DNA of 64,000 nt from Flavobacteriaceae bacterium (GTDB lineage: Bacteria; Bacteroidota; Bacteroidia; Flavobacteriales; Flavobacteriaceae), in assembly GCA_029248405.1 (NCBI GenBank), contig JAQWJJ010000014.1, positions 49,661 to 113,660 of the forward strand, given 5' to 3'. The position numbers and the translations under genes were made by a program. Shown here piece by piece: positions 44,618 to 54,367 of the stretch. The notes under the pieces are model-generated. The model saw only the letters and a list, made by a program, of their open reading frames with translations, made no database searches and was not told the DNA's origin. Each line of letters begins with the position of its first letter. Positions within the stretch are counted from its first letter, which is position 1.

Positions 44618-46237
44618 ATGGCTGAAATCATCACAATGCCTCGCTTGAGCGATACAATGGAAGAAGGCACGGTAGCCAACTGGTTAAAAAAAGTTGGTGA
44701 CTCAGTGCATGAGGGTGACATCCTCGCTGAAATCGAAACAGATAAGGCGACGATGGAATTTGAATCGTTTTATGAAGGGACACTTTTGCATATCGGTGTT
44801 GCCGAAGGAGAAACTGCATACGTCGATGCCCTTTTGGCCATCATCGGTGATTCTGGAGAAGACATCACAGGATTAATAAATGGCGAAGCAGCTGAAACGA
44901 CAAATGAGGTGCCTCAAGATGCCGTACCAGCGCCAAACCAAGACGATTCTTCAGTGCAAGACAGCACTAGTTCTGCGTCAGATGCTGAAGATTTACCGCA
45001 AGGAGTACAAATTATTACAATGCCTCGCTTGAGCGATACCATGGAAGAGGGTACAGTCGCCACTTGGTTAAAGAAAGAAGGAGATACTATTCAAGAAGGA
45101 GATATTCTTGCAGAAATTGAAACGGATAAGGCCACCATGGAATTTGAATCGTTTTATAGCGGGACCTTATTAAAGATTGGCATTCCCGAGGGTGGTACAG
45201 CCCTTGTCGATGCACTTTTGGCAATTATAGGCCCGGCAGGAACTGACGTTTCAGGAGTGACTGCGGCACCGTCTAAAGACGCAACAGCCGTTGAACCCAG
45301 CCCTGTGCCAGTGCTAGATGCACCAGCGCCTGTAAAACCAGCTCCGGCAGCACCAGCTCCCGTTGTAGCAGCTCCTGTTGTTGCAGACCAAACCAGACGA
45401 TTTATATCGCCTCTTGCCAAAAAATTGGCTCAAGAAAAAGGCATTGACATGTCTCATGTTATCGGAAGCGGTGAACATGGACGTATCATTAAGCGTGATA
45501 TAGAAAATTACCAGCCTGCTGCACCGGCATTCGGCCAATATGCGCCAGTTGGTGTTGAATCTTTCGAGAGTCTTCCTAATTCTCAGATGCGCAAGACTAT
45601 TGCTAAGCGATTAGGAGAGTCCAAATTCACAGCGCCACATTATTACCTTACAGTCGAAATGGACATGGATCATGCTATGGCCGCACGAACCGCTATTAAT
45701 ACAGCTGAGGGCGTCAAGATTTCGTTTAATGACATGGTGGTTAAAGCCTGTGCAATGGCACTTCGCTTGCACCCACAAGTCAATAGCCAATGGGAGAATC
45801 AAGCAACGAAAATAGCCAAGCACATACACATGGGCGTGGCCGTGGCCGTAGAGGATGGTCTTGTGGTCCCTGTCGTCAAATTTGCAGACCAGATGACTTT
45901 TTCACAAATTGGTGCTGCCGTCAAAGAAATGGCAGGAAAGGCAAGAGCCAAAAAACTGACCCCGGATGAGATGCAAGGCAGTACCTTCACCGTTTCGAAC
46001 CTCGGTATGTTTGGCATTAAGGAGTTCACCTCCATCATCAATCAGCCCAATTCAGCGATTTTGTCAGTTGGTGCGATTGTTCAAAAACCTGTGGTGAGAG
46101 ATGGTGCGGTGGTAGTTGGACACACGATGACCGTTACTTTGGCCTGTGACCACCGAACAGTTGACGGTGCTACTGGAGCGAAGTTCCTACAAACCTTGCG
46201 CCAATATATAGAGCAGCCAGTGACGATGTTCGTATAA
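44618..46237 (+). CDS. pdhC: dihydrolipoyllysine-residue acetyltransferase (E2) with two lipoyl domains
   Basis: Two lipoyl domains (ILAEIETDKATMEFESF appears twice), an Ala/Pro linker, an E3/E1-binding segment (ISPLAKKLAQEKGID) and a catalytic domain (ACDHRTVDGA). Confidence 0.9.
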   Translation: MAEIITMPRLSDTMEEGTVANWLKKVGDSVHEGDILAEIETDKATMEFESFYEGTLLHIGVAEGETAYVDALLAIIGDSGEDITGLINGEAAETTNEVPQDAVPAPNQDDSSVQDSTSSASDAEDLPQGVQIITMPRLSDTMEEGTVATWLKKEGDTIQEGDILAEIETDKATMEFESFYSGTLLKIGIPEGGTALVDALLAIIGPAGTDVSGVTAAPSKDATAVEPSPVPVLDAPAPVKPAPAAPAPVVAAPVVADQTRRFISPLAKKLAQEKGIDMSHVIGSGEHGRIIKRDIENYQPAAPAFGQYAPVGVESFESLPNSQMRKTIAKRLGESKFTAPHYYLTVEMDMDHAMAARTAINTAEGVKISFNDMVVKACAMALRLHPQVNSQWENQATKIAKHIHMGVAVAVEDGLVVPVVKFADQMTFSQIGAAVKEMAGKARAKKLTPDEMQGSTFTVSNLGMFGIKEFTSIINQPNSAILSVGAIVQKPVVRDGAVVVGHTMTVTLACDHRTVDGATGAKFLQTLRQYIEQPVTMFV

Positions 46238-46307
46238 AAAACGTTTTTAATTGTTTTGTAGCCCGTTGTCTTTTTATAAGATAGCGGGTTTTGTTTATCT
46301 TTAGACT

Positions 46308-46991
46308 ATGATAAAACATGTGGTCATTACGGGAACAAGCCGTGGTATAGGATTTGAATTGGCGCAATTATTTGCGGCCTCTGGACATGAAGTTTTGGCG
46401 TTATCTCGCAGAACAGACAGCATACGGGCTTTAGGGCTTAAAAATTGCCACACCTTGTCCTGTGACATTACAAATCAAGACGACTTGAATAAGGCAGAAA
46501 GTTTTGTGGCAGATCATTGGCCGCAGGTCGATATAGTGATCAATAATGCAGGGTTTTTAATCAATAAGCCATTCACTCAACTCACTGCAAACGACATGCA
46601 ACGCATGTATGCGGTCAATACTTTTGGACCAATAGCATTGATCCAAACACTCATGCCAATGATGGCTAAAGATGGCCATGTCGTCTCCTTAAGCAGTATG
46701 GGTGGGGTGCAGGGGAGTGCCAAATTTGCTGGTCTTACTGGATACAGCAGCAGTAAAGGAGCACTCAATGTGTTGAGTGAGGTTTTGGCCGAAGAATATA
46801 AAGATCAAGGCTTGAAGTTTAATGTTTTGGCTTTAGGTGCTGTTCAGACGGAAATGCTACAGGAAGCTTTCCCAGGTTATCAGGCACCGCATTCTGCACG
46901 TGAAATGGCACAATATATCATGAAATTCGCCCTCGAAGATGGACGCTTTTTTAATGGTAAAATCCTTCCTGTTTCTCAATCAACACCCTAG
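46308..46991 (+). CDS. short-chain dehydrogenase/reductase (SDR)
   Basis: Contains ITGTSRGIG (TGxxxGxG), NNAG and the catalytic YSSSK. Confidence 0.85.
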   Translation: MIKHVVITGTSRGIGFELAQLFAASGHEVLALSRRTDSIRALGLKNCHTLSCDITNQDDLNKAESFVADHWPQVDIVINNAGFLINKPFTQLTANDMQRMYAVNTFGPIALIQTLMPMMAKDGHVVSLSSMGGVQGSAKFAGLTGYSSSKGALNVLSEVLAEEYKDQGLKFNVLALGAVQTEMLQEAFPGYQAPHSAREMAQYIMKFALEDGRFFNGKILPVSQSTP

Positions 46992-46993
46992 GC

Positions 46994-47602
46994 ATGTTCA
47001 CTGAATCGATCGCTGCTTACTTGCCAGAATTGGCGAAAGAACAGATTAGGGCTATAGTGCAAAAACATCAAGTACTGATCAAGGTTGTGCCGCAAAGAGT
47101 CACGCGGCATGGTGATTACCGAATGCTTCAATCTGGTGGGCATCAGATCACGATCAATGCAAATTTAAATCCCTATCGCTTTCTTTTGACTTTGATTCAT
47201 GAATTGGCACATTTGGAAGCCTTTAAGACTTTTGGCAGGACCATCAAGCCTCATGGAAAGGAATGGAAGCAAACGTTTCGGCAATTGTTTTTGCCGTTTT
47301 TGCGGCCAGAAATTTTTCCGACAGAATTGTTACCTCCTTTGGCGCAATATTTCAAAAACCCAAAAGCAAGTAGTGACACCGATACACAATTATCTTTGGC
47401 CTTAAAAGCCTTTGACCCAACGAATGAAAAAAATTATATATTTGAACTGCCGTTAGGGTCAGACTTCAAGATCCATAACGGTAGAATTTTTACAAGGGGT
47501 GCGCAACGGGTAAAGCGTTATGAGTGTAAAGAAAAAGGAACTGGGCGTATTTATTTATTTCACCCAAACGCCGAGGTCGAAACGATCGTTTCTGAAGACT
47601 AG
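46994..47602 (+). CDS. SprT-like zinc metallopeptidase-domain protein
   Basis: Contains the HExxH motif LIHELAHL in a ~200-aa protein of SprT-like layout. Confidence 0.65.
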   Translation: MFTESIAAYLPELAKEQIRAIVQKHQVLIKVVPQRVTRHGDYRMLQSGGHQITINANLNPYRFLLTLIHELAHLEAFKTFGRTIKPHGKEWKQTFRQLFLPFLRPEIFPTELLPPLAQYFKNPKASSDTDTQLSLALKAFDPTNEKNYIFELPLGSDFKIHNGRIFTRGAQRVKRYECKEKGTGRIYLFHPNAEVETIVSED

Positions 47603-47651
47603 AAATGTCAAATTATTTTGTTTATTAATTAGTTGATGATAATTGTAACAT

Positions 47652-49103
47652 ATGGAAACGCCTGAAAAATCCAATGCCGATCAAACACCTAGTTCTTCAG
47701 AGATCAGTTCAGCTGCTTTGGGTCTATGGTCAAAAATTAAAGTTTTTATCATTGAATTACTCGACTTTCGAGGGGACACCGATAGAGAAAGTACTGTAGA
47801 GGCCATTGTCAAGGACATCCCTTTTAAGGGTGCTACGGCTTGGATTCTCATTTGTTCTATTTTTGTGGCCTCCATTGGTCTCAATGCCAATTCTACAGCA
47901 GTAGTTATTGGCGCGATGTTGATTTCTCCACTTATGGGGCCAATATTGGGGATCGGATTGTCTATCGCGATTAATGATATTGACACACTGAAAAAATCTT
48001 TGATCAATTTTGGGGTCATGATTTTTTTGAGTGTGCTTACTGCTTTTTTGTTTTTTTGGCTTTTTCCGTTGAGAGAAGAATCATCTGAGTTATTGGCAAG
48101 AACTAAACCCGATATTAGAGATGTTTTGATTGCATTTTTTGGTGGGCTTGCCTTGATTATAGCGCGCACCAAAAAAGGAACAGTGGCCAGTGTCATTTTT
48201 GGCGTGGCCATCGCCACGGCCTTAATGCCGCCATTGTGTACAGTCGGATTTGGACTGTCGCAAGCGGTATTAGGAAATCCTAATGGTATGTCATTTGCTG
48301 CTGGTGCATTCTATCTCTTTGTGATCAACACGATATTCATTGCCTTGGCGACCTTTATTGTTTTGAAATTGTTGCGTTTTCCAATGCTCAATTATGCCAA
48401 TTCACACAGACGCCGAAAAATCGCCCGTTTGGCATCGTTTTTGGCAATTCTAGTCATGATTCCAGCCGGTTTCACGTTTTATAGCGTTTTGAAGGAGAGT
48501 AGTTTTAATATAGAAGCGAGACAATTTATTGATAAGGAACTCAATGGTTTGCCAAATGCCTCCTATATAAAGAAATATGCCACGGCAAAATATCTGCCTG
48601 AGGAAGGCTCGATCATCGAGATCACCTCCTTTGGAGGGCAACAAATTGACCCTGTGACCTTGGAGTTGTTGCGGTCTCGATTGAATAACTACAAGGCCCT
48701 GAATGGCACTGAATTGATGTTGAATCAAAACATTGAAGAAAACGATGTCGAAAATGAAATGCGTTATCTTGCAGAATTGCGTTCAAGAGATTCACTAGAA
48801 ATTAATAATAAGGATCAAAAAATTGCCATTTTGGAGCGGGAAGTCGCTCGTCTTATCAAGCTTGAGGCCAAAAAAGTACCCTTTGAAACCCTTTGTGAGG
48901 AAGCAAAAATTCATTATAAGAACCTCAAAGAGCTCCGTTATGCCAGTACATTGATTTCGAACTTTGATCGAATTGATACCATGGTCGTTTTTGAAACGCA
49001 GTGGCAACCACAGAGTACCAAAAAGCAGATTTCAAGCGATCAACAGGAGTTATACGAATGGCTCAAGTATAAGCTCCAGATCGACACGCTAGTGGTGCGA
49101 TAA
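47652..49103 (+). CDS. DUF389-family membrane protein with cytoplasmic coiled-coil C-terminal region
   Basis: The polytopic N-half carries AVVIGAMLISPLMGPILGIGLS and IATALMPPLC. The C-half is Glu/Lys-rich and helical. Confidence 0.65.
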   Translation: METPEKSNADQTPSSSEISSAALGLWSKIKVFIIELLDFRGDTDRESTVEAIVKDIPFKGATAWILICSIFVASIGLNANSTAVVIGAMLISPLMGPILGIGLSIAINDIDTLKKSLINFGVMIFLSVLTAFLFFWLFPLREESSELLARTKPDIRDVLIAFFGGLALIIARTKKGTVASVIFGVAIATALMPPLCTVGFGLSQAVLGNPNGMSFAAGAFYLFVINTIFIALATFIVLKLLRFPMLNYANSHRRRKIARLASFLAILVMIPAGFTFYSVLKESSFNIEARQFIDKELNGLPNASYIKKYATAKYLPEEGSIIEITSFGGQQIDPVTLELLRSRLNNYKALNGTELMLNQNIEENDVENEMRYLAELRSRDSLEINNKDQKIAILEREVARLIKLEAKKVPFETLCEEAKIHYKNLKELRYASTLISNFDRIDTMVVFETQWQPQSTKKQISSDQQELYEWLKYKLQIDTLVVR

Positions 49104-49116
49104 GTCGAGCAGTTGG

Positions 49117-49878
49117 TCATTTACTGCGCTGGATCTCGCGGATTTTTTTGAAGAGGTTGGAGGAATAAACAAAGTCAATAACTTCTTGTTTATCGGCGTT
49201 GAATATGGTGTTGGCATTACCTTCCCAGGCAACTTTGCCGTATTGCAGGAATACTATGTTTTGTCCAATTTCCATAACACTATTCATGTCGTGTGTGTTG
49301 ATGATGGTGGTGATGTCGTATTCTTGAGTAATTTCTTGGATGAGGTTGTCGATGACCATGGCTGTTTTTGGATCTAGACCCGAATTAGGCTCGTCACAAA
49401 ACAGGTATCTTGGGTTGTTGACTATGGCACGTGCAATGGCCACACGTTTTTGCATGCCCCCAGATATTTCGGAAGGAAATTTTTTATTGGCATTATTCAG
49501 ATTGACCCGCGATAAGACTTCGTTGACCGAGTGGATCATTTCTTGTTCCGTCTGATCCGTAAACATCCTAAGGGGAAACATGACATTTTCTTCTACAGTC
49601 ATCGAATCAAATAGCGCACCGCCTTGAAAAACCATCCCTATTTTTTGTCTCAACTCCTTACGCTCATTATTGTCCATTTTGCTGAATGGTTTGTCGGAGT
49701 AAAGAATTTGTCCACTGTCTGGGCGATACAGACCTAAAAGACATTTCAGAAACACTGTTTTTCCACTGCCGCTGGATCCTATAATGAGGTTGGTTTTGCC
49801 TCTTTCAAAGGCTGTCGAGACATCCCTTAAAATAGGGGTGTCTCCAAACTGTTTATTGAGATGGTTGACTTTGATCAT
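49117..49878 (-). CDS. ABC transporter ATP-binding protein (MlaF-like)
   Basis: Walker A GSSGSGKT, signature ISGGMQKRVAIARA, Walker B LFCDEP. A 1-nt TAATG overlap joins it to the permease gene. Confidence 0.85.
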   Translation of the reverse strand: MIKVNHLNKQFGDTPILRDVSTAFERGKTNLIIGSSGSGKTVFLKCLLGLYRPDSGQILYSDKPFSKMDNNERKELRQKIGMVFQGGALFDSMTVEENVMFPLRMFTDQTEQEMIHSVNEVLSRVNLNNANKKFPSEISGGMQKRVAIARAIVNNPRYLFCDEPNSGLDPKTAMVIDNLIQEITQEYDITTIINTHDMNSVMEIGQNIVFLQYGKVAWEGNANTIFNADKQEVIDFVYSSNLFKKIREIQRSK

Positions 49879-50615
49879 TAGCTCAGGAGTAAGATGGTGA
49901 TGACATAATTTGCGATGATGATGATCACACTAGTCCATACAAAAGCAGCGGTGCTCGCTTTGCCTACCTCGAGAGCTCCACCAGTCATATAATATCCTTT
50001 GAATGATGGAACGGTGGCTAAGATAAAAGCAAAAACGAAAGACTTGATGAAAGCATAGATGAGGTGGAATGGGATGAATTTTGACTGAACCCCTTCAATA
50101 AATGCTGCAGAAGAGCTAAACCCCCCATAGACTGTGGCAATCCATCCGCCAAAAATGCCCAGGAACATGGCGATGCCTATCACGAAAGGATAAAAAAGTA
50201 AGGCGATAATTTTAGGAAAAACCAAATAATTCAATGAGTTGATGCCCATGACCTCCAGAGCGTCTATTTGCTCAGTCACCCGCATGGAACCAATACTAGA
50301 GGTGATGAATGAGCCAATTTTTCCAGCCATAATGATAGAGATGAACGTCGGGGCAAACTCCAAAATGACCGACTGTCTTGTGGCGAAACCAACCAATAGA
50401 TCTGGAATAAGAGGATTGTTGATATTTAGTGCCGTTTGTATGGAGACCACACCACCAACGAAAAAAGAAATGAAGACCACAATTCCAAGACTATTAAGAA
50501 TAAGTTCTTCAACTTCTTTGAGAATTAATTCCTTCAGTACGCTTCGTTTTGTTGGTCGCTTGAATACTTGACCCAACATCAAAAAATAAGCGCCAATCTC
50601 TGTAAAGTGCTTCAT
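49878..50615 (-). CDS. ABC transporter permease (MlaE-like)
   Basis: 245-aa polytopic protein with MlaE-type strings (MGINSLNYLVFPK, and an EQIDALEVMG-like VTEQIDALEVMG). Confidence 0.8.
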   Translation of the reverse strand: MKHFTEIGAYFLMLGQVFKRPTKRSVLKELILKEVEELILNSLGIVVFISFFVGGVVSIQTALNINNPLIPDLLVGFATRQSVILEFAPTFISIIMAGKIGSFITSSIGSMRVTEQIDALEVMGINSLNYLVFPKIIALLFYPFVIGIAMFLGIFGGWIATVYGGFSSSAAFIEGVQSKFIPFHLIYAFIKSFVFAFILATVPSFKGYYMTGGALEVGKASTAAFVWTSVIIIIANYVITILLLS

Positions 50616-50638
50616 AGGGCTAAAATAAGAAATTTAGC

Positions 50639-51754
50639 CTAGTTCTCAGTAGCTTCTTCTGTGCCCAATAAATGGATCATTTTATGATAAATTTCGGTAT
50701 TTTCATAAACACCAGCGAAGTTCTGAGCCCCAGGGCCATAGGCAAAAACAGGAATCCAATCTCCTGTATGATTGCCCGTGCTGAATTTGGGTTCAATGAC
50801 GTTGTAGTCGCCATCTTTGGCGGCCAAAACCAGGCCTCCCGTTGCATGATCACCAGTGACAATAAGTAACGTTTCTTGATCGGCTATGGCATAGTCTAAA
50901 AGTGTTCCTATTGTATCGTCTAAATCTATAAGCTCAGCGACCATATAATTAAAGTCGTTGTCGTGACCACCCCAATCTACTTGAGACCCTTCGGTCATCA
51001 GAAAAAATCCATTATCTGATTGTTCCAGTAGGCGCAATCCAAGGGAAGACGCTTGAACGAGAAAATCTCCGCGGGATTCTGAAATTTTTGGCAATTCTGT
51101 TGCGCCGATAAGGTACCCTAGCTTTTGAGCATCAGGGTATGATGAGAGGGATGTGGTGTCCAGCGTGTATCCTTTTTTGACCAATGTGTCGAGCAGATTG
51201 TTTTGATCACTGCGTTGGTTGAAATATTGTAATCCAGATCCGGCAAAATAAGTCACTTCGGATTGGGTCAAAGCCTTGGCAATCATTTCGTGATGGTAAC
51301 GACTTTCATCATGTGCATAAAAACTTGCGGGAGTAGCATGTGTGATGCTCGAGGTAGCAATGACGCCTGTAGCCATATTTTTTGTGTGCGCGAATTCAAT
51401 AATATTGGGGATTGACTGCCCAAGTGAATCTACACCGATGGCTCTGTTAAAGGTTTTTTCACCGCAGGCAAGTGCAGTGGCAGCAGCACCGCTGTCCGTG
51501 ATTCGAGAGGTTGATGAGACCTTGCTTAGGCCAATTACAGGAAACCGCTCGTAATGCACTTGACCATTTTTATAGAACTCTAGTGATGATATTTGGCTCA
51601 GTCCTGTCCCATCACCAATGACCAAAATGATGTTTTTAGGCCTTGTTGTGGTGTCTGAATGAAAATTCTTCTTTGAAGAGATCGCAATGGATTGACTGCT
51701 TTGGTGACAAGAGGTCAAAAGGGTACAAAAGAATAGGGTCAGAAAATATCTCAT
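50639..51754 (-). CDS. alkaline phosphatase (PhoA family) lipoprotein
   Basis: Lipobox LLTSCHQ, metal/nucleophile motifs VIGDGTG and TDSGAAATALACG, plus GDHATGG and DWGGHDND. Confidence 0.85.
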   Translation of the reverse strand: MRYFLTLFFCTLLTSCHQSSQSIAISSKKNFHSDTTTRPKNIILVIGDGTGLSQISSLEFYKNGQVHYERFPVIGLSKVSSTSRITDSGAAATALACGEKTFNRAIGVDSLGQSIPNIIEFAHTKNMATGVIATSSITHATPASFYAHDESRYHHEMIAKALTQSEVTYFAGSGLQYFNQRSDQNNLLDTLVKKGYTLDTTSLSSYPDAQKLGYLIGATELPKISESRGDFLVQASSLGLRLLEQSDNGFFLMTEGSQVDWGGHDNDFNYMVAELIDLDDTIGTLLDYAIADQETLLIVTGDHATGGLVLAAKDGDYNVIEPKFSTGNHTGDWIPVFAYGPGAQNFAGVYENTEIYHKMIHLLGTEEATEN

Positions 51755-51818
51755 CGATGAGTTGCTAGATTTGCTTCAAAAGTAAGTCTTGAATGTTATT
51801 AAAGAGTAAAGTATACTA

Positions 51819-52715
51819 TTATTTTACGCCAAAAATGGCTTTCCACAAAAAGCGTCTCACAAATGCTCCTTGCTGAGCAGAAATTAACGGGGCGCTCCTA
51901 TTTTGCCAATAATACTTCAATCCTTGTGAGAGTATTGACAATCTCTTGTAAAACCAGGCGAGTTTGGCTAAAGACAGAAACGCTAGGACAAGTCCGTACC
52001 GCATGGAGGCGTAGGCTATCCCTTGTTGGGCCTGTCCATTGGTCTGGTAATTTGCCCCTGTGGGTTTGAGGTGTTTCACATGTAGATCAGCATAGGTTTG
52101 GATTTTCCAGCCGAAGTAAAGTGCGAGCCACTGGTCGATAGAGTCCCATCCGATACATGGTCTAAGGCCTCCGATAGCGTCAAAGCATTCTGTTCTGTAG
52201 AGTTTTACGGGGCCTCTAATTTTGGTGGTTTTGGCAAGTCCTTCGTATTGCCACTGATGGTCTTTATAAATGTACAATAGTCCACTGGCCATGCCCAAGG
52301 CGGGTTGTTCTGAAAAATGCCTGAGGAGCGTTTCAAAATATTGCGGCGGCAGCGCTATATCGGCATCGAATTTTCCGATCAAATCAGGTGTGCCCTTGAT
52401 ATATTGACGACCATGATCAAAGGCTTGAACTACTTTTGTCCCGGGGGCATGATAATGATCTTTCTTCAGGTGCACCGCATCAATCCAATGATGGGTTTTG
52501 CTCCAAGCATCAATGATCTCTTGCGTTTGATCTGTTGACCCATCATTCACCAGAATTAATTGGTTTGGTTTTTTGACTTGGTGCTCATAGGCACGCAACA
52601 CGCGCTCCAGATGGTCAGCTTCATTATGTATGGGCATGATGATGGTGAAGGTCATCTCCATTTGGTCTTGTTGCGACCGGGGTGGTGTTGGCTTATGGTC
52701 AGGCACGTTCTGCAT
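51819..52715 (-). CDS. family 2 glycosyltransferase with C-terminal membrane segment
   Basis: Contains TIIMPIHNEADHLERVL, LILVNDGSTDQT and the KFDADI (DxD) motif. The ATG at 52715 overlaps the upstream gene by 17 nt; an alternative ATG at 52661 is possible. Confidence 0.8.
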   Translation of the reverse strand: MQNVPDHKPTPPRSQQDQMEMTFTIIMPIHNEADHLERVLRAYEHQVKKPNQLILVNDGSTDQTQEIIDAWSKTHHWIDAVHLKKDHYHAPGTKVVQAFDHGRQYIKGTPDLIGKFDADIALPPQYFETLLRHFSEQPALGMASGLLYIYKDHQWQYEGLAKTTKIRGPVKLYRTECFDAIGGLRPCIGWDSIDQWLALYFGWKIQTYADLHVKHLKPTGANYQTNGQAQQGIAYASMRYGLVLAFLSLAKLAWFYKRLSILSQGLKYYWQNRSAPLISAQQGAFVRRFLWKAIFGVK

Positions 52716-53220
52716 ATATCAGAAGATAACGTGGGGTGAATAACCGCAGAATAGGGCGAAATCCTAGTTTTTTGACCGGGTGGCTAAATTGCTCTTCCTC
52801 TTTGATGACCCAGCCAGTTTTTTCTAGGAGCCAACGAAATTGCCAAGGCTCAAATTCATGAAAATGTCTGTCCCAAGGATCGATTTTACTCTGATAGGCC
52901 GTTGCGAACCATAGTTTCAAAGGGACTGAGACAAAAAGTTTAGGCGCGTTGATCTCTTTTAAGACACTAAAGGGGTTCAAGAGGTGTTCCATGATCTCAA
53001 ATGCGGTGACCGCGTCATATTGAGCATTATGTAGTGCAGAGCGGTCTGTGTCCAGGTCTTCTCCTTTTGTATTGTGCACAGAAAAGCCTTCGGCTTTAAG
53101 AATCTCAGTAAATGGGTTGGGGACACCAAGATCCAGAATCTGTTCTGAATGTCCCAGGTGTTTTTTGACTAAAGTCAGTGTTTTTGAATAGCGTTTTTTT
53201 GGGTATCTGCCTTCGTACAT
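52699..53220 (-). CDS. small class I methyltransferase-fold protein with atypical SAM-binding loop
   Basis: Contains ILDLGVPNP in place of the usual LDLGxGxG, then YDAVTAFEIMEHLLNP, which is typical of the MT fold post-II region. Confidence 0.55.
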   Translation of the reverse strand: MYEGRYPKKRYSKTLTLVKKHLGHSEQILDLGVPNPFTEILKAEGFSVHNTKGEDLDTDRSALHNAQYDAVTAFEIMEHLLNPFSVLKEINAPKLFVSVPLKLWFATAYQSKIDPWDRHFHEFEPWQFRWLLEKTGWVIKEEEQFSHPVKKLGFRPILRLFTPRYLLIYAERA

Positions 53221-53221
53221 A

Positions 53222-54289
53222 TCAAACGCGATAGATCACGGCATTAATATTCATTCCTGCGCCGACACTGGCGAACATGACGACATCACCCGGATTGACC
53301 TCCTGACCTTCAAATTCTCCTCGAGCCACCAAATCAAATAATGTGGGGACTGTCGCGACACTCGAATTGCCCAGAGTATTTATGGTCATGGGCATAACGC
53401 CTTTTGGTGCTTGGAGGCCATAAAGTTTGTAGAAACGTTGAATAATGGCTTCATCCATTTTTTCGTTGGCCTGATGTATGAATACCTTTTTGAGTGCTTC
53501 AATGGGGATGTTGGCATTGTCAAGACATTCTTTCATGGCAGCAGGGACGTTCGATATGGCAAACTCATATATTTTTCGTCCATACATTTTGATGTACTTG
53601 CGCGCACTGCTGTCTTCCTTTTTGTAGGACTCACCAAAATAAATAAAATGCGCTTCGTCGTAAGCAAAAGTTGCGCTCAAGTGATTCAATATTCCTTGGC
53701 CGGGCTTGGCTTCTGTATCAGATTGTAGCACGACAGCGCCGGCGCCATCACTATAAATCATAGAATCGCGATCGTGTTGGTCAACAACTCTCGACAATGA
53801 TTCCGCACCAATGACCAGGCATCTTTTGGCCATACCTGCTTTTGAAAAGGCATAAGATTGTATCACCCCTTCTACCCATCCTGGGCAGCCAAACAAAATA
53901 TCGTAGGCCACACATTTGGGGTTTTTAATCTTAAGAAGATGTTTGACTCTTGACGCTAGGCTAGGGACGGTATCACTTTGACTGCTGTTGTGCTTGACAT
54001 CACCATAATTGTGCGCCACTATAATATAATCCAGCGTCTCTGGATCAATTCCTGCATCAGTTATTGCTTTTTCGGCGGCAAAAGCTGCAATGTCTGAGGT
54101 GACTTTTTTGGGTTTCAGATAACGCCTTTCAGCGATTCCCGTAATGGCTTTGAACTTGCGTATGATTACAGAGTTTTCATCGGGCAACGGCGTACCATCT
54201 TCATTAAAAAAATCGTGATCGTTGAATTGATCGTTTGTAGTGACTGTTCGTGGAATGTAACTCCCTGTTCCGGTGATGATCACGCTCAT
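53222..54289 (-). CDS. 3-oxoacyl-ACP synthase III (KAS III/FabH-like) family protein
   Basis: The Cys-His-Asn triad contexts are present: LFGCPGW, FIHQAN, LGNSSVAT. 355 aa. Confidence 0.85.
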   Translation of the reverse strand: MSVIITGTGSYIPRTVTTNDQFNDHDFFNEDGTPLPDENSVIIRKFKAITGIAERRYLKPKKVTSDIAAFAAEKAITDAGIDPETLDYIIVAHNYGDVKHNSSQSDTVPSLASRVKHLLKIKNPKCVAYDILFGCPGWVEGVIQSYAFSKAGMAKRCLVIGAESLSRVVDQHDRDSMIYSDGAGAVVLQSDTEAKPGQGILNHLSATFAYDEAHFIYFGESYKKEDSSARKYIKMYGRKIYEFAISNVPAAMKECLDNANIPIEALKKVFIHQANEKMDEAIIQRFYKLYGLQAPKGVMPMTINTLGNSSVATVPTLFDLVARGEFEGQEVNPGDVVMFASVGAGMNINAVIYRV

Positions 54290-54367
54290 GAGCTTATTTT
54301 TTTTAAAGGTACAGAAAAAGTCTCTTTTTGTTAAAAAACCATGTGCTATTCCCTAAATACTGATACG

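Noticed and set aside
45154-45420. 88-aa antisense ORF rich in Ala/Gly/Thr
   Set aside because: It mirrors the GC-rich Ala/Pro linker of the E2 acetyltransferase and is an artefact of low-complexity coding sequence.
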